Under the pieces are notes generated by a model that saw only the letters and a list, made by a program, of their open reading frames with translations, had not been told where the DNA came from and did not search any database. Shown piece by piece: positions 23,372 to 52,508 of a stretch of DNA of 64,000 nt. The stretch lies in NCBI GenBank assembly GCA_965235115.1, contig OZ249438.1, forward strand, positions 22,072,001-22,136,000, given 5' to 3'. This DNA comes from Laetmonice hystrix (Eukaryota). Both the position numbers and the translations under genes were made by a program. Each line of letters begins with the position of its first letter. Within the stretch, counting starts at the first letter, position 1.

Positions 23372-24047
23372 CAGTGTTGCCAACCCTCCTGAATTATTCG
23401 GGAGTCTCCCGAAAATTTAAAGCAAGTCCCACTCTCCTCCGGAATTACTCCAAGAATCTCCTGAAAATCACAAAAATGTCTAAAGAAAACAAAATCTGAC
23501 AATCACTTGGCCGTATGCAAGAACGTACTTAGATTAACCTAATCCGTGGATTTACACCTATTCCCAGTTGCCAGAAAGTCAGAATTTCTAGCCTTATCTC
23601 CTTTTTGGAGAATGGCCCTTATTCCCCTGACCAAGTAGAATAGAATTCAATTAAACATGACTACCAAACATACCCAACCTTAAATCTAGGCTAGATAGTA
23701 AGTTAAGCCATTCTTGGGATTAACTTCATAAAATGTTCTTGCATATGGCCAACTGTGATAATGCCTACGATTTTGTAGCCTACAGCTTGTCTGCTCAAAA
23801 GTTGAAATCTGGAAGATTGATTTAAAAAAATGCAAAAGCCTGTTCTTATCAGACTGTCTTGGCATGACCTTTTTAGTTTTATTAGTCCACTTTAAATTAA
23901 ATGGCTCGAAAAAATGCATATTTTAAATGTCTATTATTGAATTTTTTCCCCCGGACCCCCCCCCCCCCCTAGAAGGGCTTCGCGGCTGAAACCGCTCGCA
24001 ATTCTTAAACCTCCAGAAATTCAAACTCCACCAGGTTGGCAGCCCTG
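23372..24047. mobile_element. Non-autonomous hAT-like DNA transposon (676 bp) with a 10-bp flanking duplication
   Basis: TIRs cagtgttgccaacc / ggttggcagccctg; actgaggcct directly repeated at 23362-23371 and 24048-24057. Confidence 0.75.
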
Positions 24048-25345
24048 ACTGAGGCCTCTGCAAGTTTACACTGTAATCTGTATTGTGACGGTCTCAGTGG
24101 TAGAACAGGTTATTTACACCGATTATCGCCCACTCTTAGCCTACATTATGGCCCGCTCGCTCTTTCCCGTGGCGTTTGCTTATCATCAGTGGATTATCGC
24201 CCTTCTATTCTCAATTAAAAAAACGCCTCAGTTGCGACGTTGACTCTATTTCGACGGTGAAATGGTGATTTTTGAAGCGGGACTCCCGCAACTTGCACGC
24301 ACCACTGCACCACTACTTTAGCAGAACTCGTTTGTGGTAGATGGCTTCAGATGTTGGCAACTCCTAAATATAACACACCTATGCCTTGGAAACGTCTTCA
24401 TATGTTCGATATTACAGATTAGTATCGTTCTCTGATGCATAGTACTATTATAATACGGCTTATGCATAAAATACTGATAACGACATTGGCGCATCAAGGG
24501 GTCAGGACAGGGGTCACGCAGCAGGGGTCAGCATTCTAGGGTCAGCATCAGCATCCGGGATGTACAGCAGTGACTGGGAGGATGACAGCATCTCTGTGAT
24601 GACGGTCTGAGTACAGTCACTGGCACTGAGTTACTGGTGAGTCAATACATGACTGTCACACACCGAGGGAAACTCAAGTCACTTAGAATTGTCACATTGT
24701 CTCAAGCTGCTTAGGTTAGTCTAAGGGCTAGCCCTAACCCTGCCCTAGCAGGGGGTACCCCCTACTGGCCCTAGCAATAGCATATAGGCGGTCAGAGACA
24801 GTGGATGCCCTAACACACACAGTTAGACTTAGAGAGAGTGGTTCAGCTGGGCCATGCATGACTGGAGGGCGGAGTCTGAGATTGAAACACGAAAGTCACC
24901 TAATTATGTATTTTTTTAACAGGTAGAGAGGTAGTAGACTTTTTTTTTTTTATTTGCCATATTTTTCTAGCAACTTGGATTGTTTAATTTTACTTTTGCC
25001 TACAATTAAAAGATACAGGCATGTTAATGTTAGCAGGCCAAGCAGCATGCACTTTATTTATTTATTTTCATGATAAATCTATCAATGTCCCAGCTAGGTC
25101 ACCCCCCGACATAAATTTATTCTTAATTGATATGTTTCAGGGTGCTGTGTTAAGGATTCGTGTGAAATACAGAACCATGAAAGGGGAACGGCATATGGCG
25201 AGATTGTTCACAATCCTTGGAAGAGTCAAATATACCTGGAGTACATAATAATGGATTTCTTCTAATAGGCTGATTGAAATAAGGTGACCTGAGGCGACTT
25301 CACATTATTGTCCACTTAGCTTTGTTACAAATTCACACAAAAGGA

Positions 25346-33965
<8,620 letters not shown>

Positions 33966-36182
33966 CGTTTCCTTGACTGTGATGTGTGGAGTTTTCAGTG
34001 ATCCATCATACTCTCAGACCAATTGACGGCTCTAAGTTCAGTAAAGTTTAATGTTAGGACATGAAGTTGGGAGGCCGGCCAGGAGGGTGAGATGTTGCCC
34101 TAGAATACCCCAGAGTCGCTTACAAATTGTTAGGACAGTTGGAACCGTTCTGTATCACAGCTTGCAGTCGTAAGCAGATGCTACAGAGTTAGAGTTTGCC
34201 TTGTGAGATCTTTTGCAATGATTAACTGTGATCAAAGTTAGCAACGCCCATCGCTGTTGATAGTTATAGATCATGGTCTCTATGTTTGCTTGGTTGTGTT
34301 AGCACTATTAGACTATAGCCTAACTGTTCTCTGTAGAAGTAGCAGTATATTCAACTTCAAGTAGGACAATGTACAATGTACTCGTGGTTTGAACTCTGAT
34401 TGCTCTGAAGTTTGAAGGTGAAGGAAATGAACGACTCTACCCTTGTCTCAGTTGTACAGAGGGAGTTGAAGAGAAAAACGAGACAGACAGCGTCTCGTTT
34501 AGACAGGGTGACACAAACAGACGTCACTTGTGTTGTAAAGCCTAAAGGTCGTGTTTAGAGAAAAGTGTCCTGGTTCTACCATTAACTGTGTATGTTAGGT
34601 CCAGCATGTATATTGTCCACTGAGTGTTGTCGAAAGTCACGCAACCAAAAAATGTGCCTCACTGGGAGAAAACTCCTGAATGAAATATTGTTCTCCATGC
34701 TTCAGTGGTCAGCCTTACTACCAGTTGAAACACAAGTGCTTATGCTATATATTGTATACATGTCCCTGTATATGAAACATAAGTATGTGTTAATTATATA
34801 AACATAGTACATGTAACCGGGTTTCGTCTTTTGCCGATTGTGTCCAGGAATTTATGTTGGGTCGAGCCAAGTACGGCAATTCTACTGATTATTAATATTA
34901 CTGTGTGTTGAATCATATTTATTACGTGCCATGTACCGTATTAGATTAATGCATAAAATTTAACCCTGATGGTCATGTAGTACCAATAGCCATTAGTAAT
35001 TTTGTGAAGTACTGTAGTTGTGAAGTTGAGATTAGGTACCGGGGGTATGTGGAAAATAAATTATCGTTCCCTCGGATAAAAAAAATAATAATTGAGCAGA
35101 TACTTGTGATATTTTCTAGCCACTGAAAGGCGGTGATACACAATTACATTGTTACCTAGTCAGGACTAGGGTGATTGTAATTATATTTAAGTCATGCGTT
35201 ATCCACAGGAAAATATTTTGAAAGATGCTGAATCATTGTATTGAAAAAAGATTTTTTAAAAACACAGCAGTGATGGTAGCCTGAAGAAAATTTTAAACTA
35301 CCCTGGTACAAGTACCATACATACGGTACATACGCTTTACTTTCATAAGTGTTTCATTGGAGTGTTTTTGATTAAAACAACGCTAAAATTTACTATACCA
35401 ATTAATTACCAGGAGTATATAATGTTTACTATTGTAATACGTTGCTTTCATCGGTAGCTCGGGGTCGCTCAGGTATAAAGAGAAAATATAATTTGCCATT
35501 CAGGCACAATTGTTTTCTTGTATAAGTATAAACTTTTATTATTTATTGAAGCACAAATGGACTGCCTTGGTGTAGTATACCTCGCAGTACGAGAGAGGCA
35601 GTGGTGATGTTTCTATTGATTTTGTGATACTCTAGCATTATGTTGATGAATTTTTTATTGAAATATTTCAGTATTTACTCAGTCCAAGCATACATTTGTG
35701 ATATTGTTGATTTACGAAATACAGTGTACATTACTATTCGTTGCATTTAGTTCATTTACCTGAATGGCTCCTCATTTGACAGAGGCGTATAGTGTAATTG
35801 GTTGGGTGTGCGTGGGTAGATGCTTGGAAGTCAAATAACAAGTTCTTTTTGAGTTGCACATGTTGTTGCAGCTGCTTTTAGTGATAGTCGAGAGGAAAAC
35901 TTAATTACTGAGTCAAGTGATGTTACACGAAGACTAAGACAAGAATGTACAAGTAGTCGGATCATTGCTTGAAACAGTACCTGTGGAAATACAATGTAAC
36001 CGAAGTTTAACTGTATGTAGAAAGAAAAAAGAAGTGAAAATTAAAGCAGTAAAACTCTTAAAAAATAAAAAATAAATATGCAGTACGAATAGTGTTTTTT
36101 GCTTGTAATTCGGAATGTCACTGAAATGGTAATCCAGGGTTGATCTAGGAATCGGGGATGTGTGTGTGTGTGTGTGGGGGGG

Positions 36183-36900
36183 GGGGAGTCCAACACTCCG
36201 CACACAGTGAACTGACCAACACTGTAGTAGGGTGGAACCGTCACTGGGGTTTTATAGATCAGTGTCAGGTGGGGAGTGGTCCAGCACGGTGCACTGACCA
36301 ACAACACTGTACGTGTAGTAGGGTGGAACCGTCACTGGGGTTTTATCGATCAGTGTCAGGTGGGGAGTGGTCCAGCACGGTGCACTGACCAACACGGTAC
36401 GTGTAGTAGGGTGGAACCGTCACTGGGGTTTTATAGATCAGTGTCAGGTGGGATCGAGTGGTCCAGCACGGTGCACTGACCGACACGGTACGTGTAGTAG
36501 GGTGGAACCGTCACTGGGGTTTTATAGATCAGTGTCAAGTGGGGAGTGGTCCAGCACGGTGCACTGACCAACACTGTACGTGTAGTAGGGTGGAACCGTC
36601 ACTGGGGTTTTATAGATCAGTGTCAGGTGGGGAGTGGTCCTGCATGGTGCACTGACCAACAAGGTACGTGTAGTAGGGTGGAACCGTCACTGGGGTTTTA
36701 TTGATCAGTGTCAGGTGGGGAGTGGTCCAGCACGGTGCACTGACCAACACTGTACGTGTAGTAGGGTGGAACCGTCACTGGGGTTTTATTGATCAGTGTC
36801 TCCTCGTTTATTGGTGGAGGTGGGCATGGGGAGTGGTCCTGCACGGTGCACTGACCAACAAGGTACGTGTAGTAGGGTGCAACCATAACCGGTGCACTGA
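36183..36900. repeat. Minisatellite, ~8 copies of an ~88-bp unit
   Basis: The anchor gtagtagggtg recurs at 36224, 36315, 36403, 36494, 36582, 36670, 36758 and 36869. Unit: gtagtagggtggaaccgtcactggggttttatagatcagtgtcaggtggggagtggtccagcacggtgcactgaccaacactgtacgt. Confidence 0.95.
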
Positions 36901-39900
36901 TATTTGTGGAAGTGTGGGCTGACGAGGACGGAGAGTAGCAACATTTACCAATACAACGTCTTGGTGAAAACATTTATTTATATAATTGTCCATGGTATGT
37001 ATGTTACAGAGAATATTGTCATAAATGTAGGTATATGATGGACTCTGACACAAAAGTCCATAATATTGATAACATTGACATTTTACTATACATGAATAAT
37101 AATACTTTGGGTAGACTATACAGTAGGCAGCTAGACTTTAGGTCTGTGTAAACCTAGTCGACCCACGTTCTCAATACACATCATATGTGGTTTTGTTGTC
37201 TCAAACTGCCCCGACCTAACCAACTAGCATAGCTTTCTGAAGACTTTAATTTCGCATATTCGGTGCCAAATAAAATGCATAATTAACACTTCATCTTTGC
37301 ACTGCCGTGCACAAACAAGCCATAATAAACATAATAAATCTCTTCCATTCATTCCCATGCCCACCCTTCCCCTGATACATTCACAGCTTATCTACCACTT
37401 GGTCAGTATCGACCAAAACAACCAAAGTGAAAGAGACGTTAAAATAATAATTGTTATTATCCCGTCAGTATTTTGACAGATTATTAATTGAAATCCAACC
37501 TATAAACGCCGCCAGGTCAATATGGTACGCGTTGCTATTGTAAGTATAATACACTAAAGGCGTCAATAGCAAGGTTCTTCCCAGACCATGCTCAGAGTAC
37601 GTCTGATTAAACAATGGGGTTTAATTTCTCTGCATTATGTCATGTTTTCTCATTAACCCGTTCTGCATTGGCAGGTATATAACACGCCATCATTTGACGG
37701 TAGAATGACAAAGACACAGATATCAAACAAAAGAATTTGATCACTATAATTAACATCTCTCCAACAAGTCATCTGGCGACCTGACCCTGGTATTATATCA
37801 GTAACATTTGATCCTTTCTGTCAATCTTAGACCCATTCCAGCTTGGACACGTGGACTTGATAATTTAATGCATACCCTGTACTGCAGAAAACAAATGTAA
37901 TATTTGTGCTTGGCTGACAATGTCTATCAAACATGTCACTCAATTCACAAAATCATTCACAAAATGCTTTTATTATCATGCAAGGCCCGTGCTGATAGAG
38001 ACGAGAGTCAACACTGACGTCCTTGTGGCCACCTGAGGTTGGAAAGCTAATAACACATATTGAACTAGTTATTTTGATCTTACTGCAAGGCCATCATCCA
38101 CTGTGATTTTGTACTCTTCGATTTTCTTTACACACTTTCTTGCGAATAGACTGCATCATGCAGGATTATGTAACTGTAACCAGTAATTTGCTTCTATTTG
38201 GCTAGTACTTGTTACTGAGGTGAATTTTACACATTACATATTTGTAATCAAGAAACATCAAAGAGGCAAGCCTTATAATGTCATTTTGATAAATCAACCA
38301 AATTAATTAAAATTCATACTTTTCCCGCAAAGAAAAACGAGTATGACTAAGAGCATGTGTTCGGTTGTATTTTTTATCGACGGTGTCATATATGGTGGAT
38401 CGAAAATAAAAAAAAGGTTTTCACAGAGTTCATGAAAACGTTCAATCAAGTGATGCACGTTTGCCTCATCTGATACTGGTAGATTATTAGATTTTTACAC
38501 CTACTAACATTTCTTGAACTATGTAACATTTTGTTTGCGTGCATTAAACGTTTGAAACATTTATACCCACATCCACAAAATATATAGATACACGTACTGC
38601 ATTAGCTTATCCAAATCACACAAGGGCAAATGGTCAACTGAGTCAGACTCACGTTTTGTCACCAAAGCCTGGCAAATTGCTCTCAACAATTTTAACAAAT
38701 GTGTCGGGGAAGGACTGAGGAGGGAAGACCCCCCCCCCGAAAAAAAAAAGAAGAAGAAAAAAAAAAGAGTTAAATAGCAGCAAACACGGCATCGCATTGT
38801 CTTCCCCAAGATGACAAATAATTTTCAAAACAATACAAATTCAACTCATTCAAACTGGCTAGGGCTGGTATGGTTCGTGTGTTATTTGTTTTTAAATTAA
38901 TCCTTCCGACGGGCTTCAGAAACGTCCCAAAAAATCTATGGGGCCCCTGATTCTATGCGCATCCCTTGCTCCACCATCAAACCCTGACCATACAAAATGA
39001 TGTGTCCTGCTCACAGAACCCAGTCACTCGCATATCTCGAATATCACAGTCTAAATCATTAAACCTTTACTGAGGTAAATACAACTCTTCTCTCCCGCTT
39101 ATTTTCTCTATCCATTGACAGTAAATGTTTGATAACAATTGTAGACAAAGGGTATAGCTAATAGTCAACAGGTTCAAGAAAGGCAATTTGCATGTCAACA
39201 GGTACCAGTACCTCAATGTCGACTCTATCTGTATAAATGTTACCAGAACTTGACATAAAATCTGTAAAACAAGCCACAGCGAATAAAAATTTTCATCTTT
39301 TAATTTTAAATATTGTAAAAATAATGTTGCTTTTAAAGGTTTGGTTGTTGGTGAAATTGATCTGCTGAGTTGACTAATATTAAGAGTGACCCTCCGACAT
39401 TCTCACTGCTTGCTTGATTTGATTTAATGAAGGCCAGAAATTTGAAAAAACTTAACGAATTACCATTCAGACTTCAGTGTAGACTGTTTGTTATTACGAC
39501 AAAATGACGCAAATTTAATATGGATTTCATATTCCTTTTTTCAATTCCAGGAAAAATGTGTAAACTCCTTTAAGTTTTTGCTCATGTACCATCAAAAACC
39601 AATGAGAGCAACATTCTTGACGTTTTATTTTCAAGATGCCAGTACTTGCTCATAAAAAAAATGACTGCCATACCACTTGACGCCCAGTGCATTTGGTCAT
39701 CAATGCTCAAAAGCTTAGCTTCCATGTCGTGGAGTAGGTTTGGAAGGATATCACATACTCATACCAAAGAACTAATAGCTTATATTTCAGCATTGTATGC
39801 ACCCGAGTTATACAAAATGAGCGCTCTTGCAAACCCAAACGGTTGGTACAGCTGTATTTGTAATTCATTCCAATGCTGTGATGTTCACAACAAGCAGCCA

Positions 39901-42244
39901 TGCCATGCCAAGTTCTGTGACATACTCATACCCACCCATGATAGTGATAACATACATGTCCAACACCACTCTAGCATTGGCTGCCAAATTTAAAAATAAA
40001 CCCCCAAAACAAACAATTTGAAAACTTGCTCTGATCATGGTCCCCAAGTGCTCATTCTCCCATTCCTTCCAGACATCTTGTATTTGGATTTAAGTGTTCT
40101 AAGTATTCAATATTGATGTCAATGCTATATACCAGTGCACACAACCACATATTTAAAACACTTTTTTTTCAGTACACACACACACACACACACACGCACA
40201 CTTCTTTTTACAAGCATCTTTAACAGTCATTTGAAGTACATGTACTATCCAGATGAACATGCAGTGTGCATATCTTCAAGATATTACGTGATACAGATTA
40301 ATTTTGCACGTGTCAACATGAAGAGGCCAAACGATACAAATCTCATGTTTAGTAACATTTACTGTGGATCTAGCCATCTGGCTTAGCCCTATGCTTACAT
40401 CCCTTGGACTAGACTACAGTACCATGTAGAAAAAGAGAGCACCATAGTGAAAGGGTAAAAATACACACCCACAACCCTTCTTTACAACTTACCAGCATTT
40501 TCATTTTCATAGAGCAAATGAGTGGTTATTTTCACGTGGTAATAATGTATGTATACACTTTCCTTGTCATTCTTCTCTATGTTGCTTGTGAAGTTTAACT
40601 CCTCTTGTAATGCTAAGCGTATGTCCCAGTGGGATCGTATGCTAAGTCTTCTATGCCCCCCCCCCCCCCCCCGCAACTGACCAGGAGGGCAAACAACATA
40701 GGGGCTATAAGTATATGGTACAATTTGTTACATAAATAGGTTATAATATGATTATCTTCTGAATACATTGTACAGTCTCTCCTTATTAACTTTAAAACAA
40801 GTTCTAATTGTAACCGGCACTACAAAGTGTCATGGTGTGAATACACTTGATTCACCATGTACCGACTGTTTTACCCCACAACAGGTAAAGACTGAACTCA
40901 GATATTGACATTGGCTTACAGCACTCGTATACACCCCCACTTACACACCCTATCACCCGCTTACCCCACTCTCAAATACACACACATACACGCATTCTGT
41001 GTACAACATCTGTGCTAGATTCTAAAGTCGACTGTATCTGGTAACAAGATGTAGCTTTGGCCTCCAAGAATAAGGAGTTGGCTGGCTATAGTAGCAAGTA
41101 CTGCTATGCTTAATGCAGAATCTGCCAGAATTATGAAACCAATTTGTGGACCTTTTGCATTGGTGTTTCAATCTTTCCTAATACTTGCCAGGGAGCCGCA
41201 GCACAACATCCCTTCATACACCCGCAGTTTTTTTGTTTTGTTTTTTGTTTTATGCCCACAAACACACAGCGCACACCATAAATATAACATTATACATATA
41301 AATGAACCTCTTGCTCTTTTCTGAATGAATACAAAGTCTGTACAGTGTTTTACTTCAATTGTTATGTATTTACAAACAGCATGGTTGTCCTATCTAAGTG
41401 ACTGATGCCTTCACAAACAGAGGGATCACTTTGGCACAGTTGTGCAAATGACAATTCCCACTTGTGACCATTTGCTATTGAGAGAAGCTTTGCGGGGGCT
41501 TGTACATTTCAGGGAAGGTAAATACCCATGTGTCCCTCCAAGTGATTATACTGAGAAGGCCAAAAATATCAGTGAATCTTCTCGTTTTGCACATGGTGTT
41601 TTTCTTTTAGTTTTCTTTAGAAAGATGCCAGCCCTAGGAAATCTCTGGCCCAAAGTAATGCCACGATACTACAGGATGAAGTAAAAGGTTCAACAGGACT
41701 GACATGTAAGGGGGACCCACCATAGTCAAGAAATGTGTTTCTGTCCATCATGTCGGAACACAGTCCTGGCGACTCAAACGAACCACCCCCAAGTTCACAA
41801 CTGACCAATGCTTTCTTTGCAATGCCTTATTTTAAATAAAGAATAATGAACTGAAGCATACCAAGGACCTCTCGCCACACAACTGTACACACTCAAGCTA
41901 AGAAAAATAAATTCAATACAGACTCACACTAGACTGAAGTTCATTAAGATCACAGAAATTCGTTTTTTTTTTCTTCTCTATTTTTTTTCAGCCATGTATT
42001 TTTCCTCCTTTGGAAGTTAGACCCATCAGAAGTAAGCACTAGGTTGGACAGCAAGTCAGAGGCTGATGTTCCAAAATGATGGACATAAGTAGACAACCCT
42101 ACGCCATTCTGATTACTGCATGCGGTCATATACTAGCCCCCCCATCTCAGCCTACCATATCCCATCCCACCCTTCCCGTTTAACCCTGCCCCACCCTACC
42201 CCACCCCGCTGGCCCGTGAACCCCCCTGCCGTGAAGCTCCATCA

Positions 42245-48924
<6,680 letters not shown>

Positions 48925-50155
48925 CTGCAAGAAAATACGACGTACAGATTTCTTTTTGACTGTCTAATATCATAGCATGCTTTGCTTACAGCAATGAACA
49001 CAATTTCTTATGGGACAACACTTTAAAACATCCCAGAACCCAGTTTCTTGTTTAAGTGTGCAAACTTAGAATTAGCTTAGAATCTGTTACTGAAGACTGA
49101 CTCAAAATATATGCTTGTAATCTGTAATTGGCCCAAAGCCCAGGGTTGTCTGGAACTGTTATTTTTTCCCCTGCAATTGCCTGCCCCCACAATGGCAGTC
49201 ATGATGATACCATTATAAATGTACATATATTATTTGGCAGGTAGGCACTCAGATGCAGAGAACTTAGAATGTTCAGTAGGTTCTAAGTTCTCCAGTTGCA
49301 CAATTCCAGACCTTCTAAGTTCTAGAGCCACAAGGCAGCACCTGCTACTCTACAGATTTCTGTGGTTTGAATGGCTGCACAGTGGAGGGCAAGTAACCTT
49401 TCACCTAAACTCGCCCGCCCAATTCCAGATTCAGTATGTAGGGCCTATGTCATCTTGAGTTGTCAAGGGGCATCGCACACCCTGCATTCTACCCTTTGAG
49501 CCCAGCCCAGGCTAAACTGGCAGAAGTTGACCTTGAGGTCAACCTTAGGGACCTGGCATCGTCGCATCACCCGCACTAATGGTCCTCACCGAAGGCTTAC
49601 TTCTTGCAAAAATGCCTGATTTGCCCAGTTCCCTGATGAACAAATGTGTCCCTCCCTAACAATACAGTTTGTAGCACTCCGACTTGATACGGTTTAACAC
49701 ACGAAATTCCAAAGTTTAGCTCCCCTGATTTCAGCATCGTCGCTCACTGCTCGGCCGTGCCCATGGGTTAATTAATTATAGGTCGGGATCATGATGGTTA
49801 TATTATAGTGTATGTTCTTGCAGCCCTGTCAACTCCAAGTTGTTCCTCCCACTGTCGATCACTAGTGTCAGGATTAAATGCCTACCCGTTGCTGCTACTT
49901 TACTGGGGATGTTCCTACTGGCTAACCAGAAATGCAAGCTAATTTTTATGAATCGCGCCTCAGGCATTGCTGTAATCTGATTTGTTGTATGAAGTACCGA
50001 ACTAGGTGGAAAACAGATGGCGCTGTGAGGTACACATTTCTGAGACTAGGCGGGCAGGCAGGAGGGGAGGGGGGGGGGAAATCACTGGAGGTGGTTCAAC
50101 CCTGAGCGTGGGAGGATGGGCCTAGGTATAAGCCAACCGAAGATTCGTTTCTGTC

Positions 50156-50240
50156 CGCCATTGTTGTTTGTTGGTACTGCGCATGTGCTGTTCCAGTTCG
50201 CGCATGCGTAGACTAGAGCGTCTTTTCATAATGGCGATGG
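50156..50240 (-). promoter_or_regulatory. Probable FBXO11 core promoter / TSS region with NRF1-like and YY1-like motifs
   Basis: cgcgcatgcg (50199-50208) and tgcgcatgtgc (50178-50188) resemble the NRF1 site GCGCATGCGC; aacaATGGCG at the candidate start resembles a YY1 site; local CpG enrichment. Confidence 0.45.
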
Positions 50241-52508
50241 CTCGAGTTTCAAAAAGTTGGATTCCACTTAACAAAAGGCCTAACAAGGCAAAATCACATT
50301 CGGAATAAATAATTTCTGGACCGAGGACCAAGCGAAAACTATACACATTAACAGGGGCATCTCAGCGTAAGTAGACATTGCGACAGGGCTTTGAAATCGA
50401 TCGGCCTTGAAACCAAGCCAACCGACGCATTTGGTAAAGTCTCTACCAGTTCTCCCACATCCTTAACGCGAAGCTGTTAAGGGTGTCCACGTATAGGCAG
50501 ACCCAGAGCAGAGTAATCATAAAAAGAAGTATTTATAGGCTAATCTAAAGTTCAAACAAAGGTTTAAATAATGATCAAGGCATTATCAGTAAGTTAAAGA
50601 AAGGACCAACAGAAAGTCCTAGTTTAACAGTATACAACACGAGATCTGGAACCAATACCAAGCAATACTAATGCAACATTGGTGGCGAACTACCGTCTCC
50701 GGTTATGACTGGCAATGGTCGAGACAGAGACTCAGTGGACTGACCGATGCCTGGCGAGCGATGGCATAGCTAAGGCAGTCATACTTTAGTTTAGTCGTAG
50801 GACTAGCTAGTATTAGGAGGCTGCATATGCTAATTTCCATGTCGTCGATATGTTGTTCTGTCTCTCTTTGGTTCAACATTTCTTCCTAAGCTATTCCAGT
50901 ATGTAAAAATTAATGAATTTGTAACAGAAGCGTATGAAGGAGCGAATACATCACAATGTGAATCGTGGATGTTTATTGGCTTAGGTTAGGGCCTGCCGTC
51001 GCGCCCAGACTCACTAACAATAAGGAACATAAACCTACCTGCTGTGGGAGACGTAGGCAACCGAGGCTTTTTTCTAGACCTCCGTTTCGACCGCCTAGCA
51101 TTCAGTTTTGTATTCCGTGCTGTTGTATTCGACATCTTAAACACAAATTAGTCCAAAATACTGTCGATTTCGGGTGCCGAGTGAGGAAAACGTCTCACTG
51201 GGCAGCCATATTGAAATATAATTTATTCCATTTTGGGAAGGTTTCAGCGAAATGTCCAATGAGAGGCCAGCGTGCTGACCCCGTGACCTAACGGACCAAT
51301 CATACTCTTGCTCTGTGGGATTGCCCCGGAATTCCAAAATGACATGTCCCAACAATGTTGTGATTGTGAGGTAGTCGAGCAACTCGCTTCATTGTGTATT
51401 TCTCACCAAAAGAAGAACGTGCTCGAACAGTACATGTAGGCGTCTATCAACCATGAATATAGCTCTTGGTAATCATCAGTATTCTTGCAGTCGGGCCCGA
51501 AAATTGACAGAAGAGGAGACGCAAATGTTAATTTCGGTACTGACCCATTAACCTAATAACCGCGACAGTCAAGGGCACGCGGCCAGACAGCAGCACACTC
51601 GCGGTCGCAGTGCTAACGTTAGGGCAACTCGTAGGTTGGGACGAGTCTCGGCGGAAAGACTAGTCCCAGTCTTATAGTCTATCTTTCCTCCTGCGGAAAG
51701 ATAGGCTATAGCTGTTCATCAGACCTATTTTGCATTTAGCTCTATTAATTTTTCTGAAAAATCGATCTTTCAAGCACTCGTTCAGTGTTTAACTTACAAC
51801 TTTACAAAATCAAAAATCATGTCTGTCCCAGTTCACTCAGTCCAGCAGCAGTTAGGCCTAGGCCTAGATGGTTAGTTACTAACTTAGTAAACCATGCAGT
51901 AGTAGCAGTAGGCCTACAACTACAAGTAGGGCTACGTTTGGGCCGTTTAAAGAATAATGTTCATCATTCATGACATAATACAGATTTGATTATTTACGTC
52001 ATTTAAATTATATTTTATAATTAACCATGATTCAATGAAGGGTGTAACTTCCCAAGTCACATAATGACATAAATTCATCTCAGGACACCACTGCCCTGGT
52101 CATCACACACATCAATCAGTCCTAAGCTAAAGCCCTACTGCCAGTACTGGCTAGGGCCGAGGCTAAACCCAATGACAGACAGTTGAGAAGTTTTGACATT
52201 CATGATTAATTAAGTCTTAAAAAGGAAATTACTGTAGTCTGGCAAGAGTATTTTAATCTTATTTTCTGTAAAATGAGAAAAATTTATACATAGCGAAATA
52301 CCTAAGTCTAAAAGATAGATCTATCAGTTGAGTTTATTGTTATTTATTAAGGCTATTGTTTACCTGTTAATTAGAAAAGTTGTATGACCTCTTCTCAATT
52401 TTCAACTTTTATTTTATTGTGAATGATTTATGTAAATACAATACCCTATAGTTATTGATTTAATTCTAGAAATGTTAATAATAGAGTTTGTTATTTGTTT
52501 TTGTACAG

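Noticed and set aside
36183-36900. CRISPR-like array, or coding repeats (ORFs 36158-36655)
   Set aside because: Units are head-to-tail with no unique spacers, and there are no cas genes. The 88-nt period is not a multiple of 3, so the ORFs are frame-cycling artefacts.
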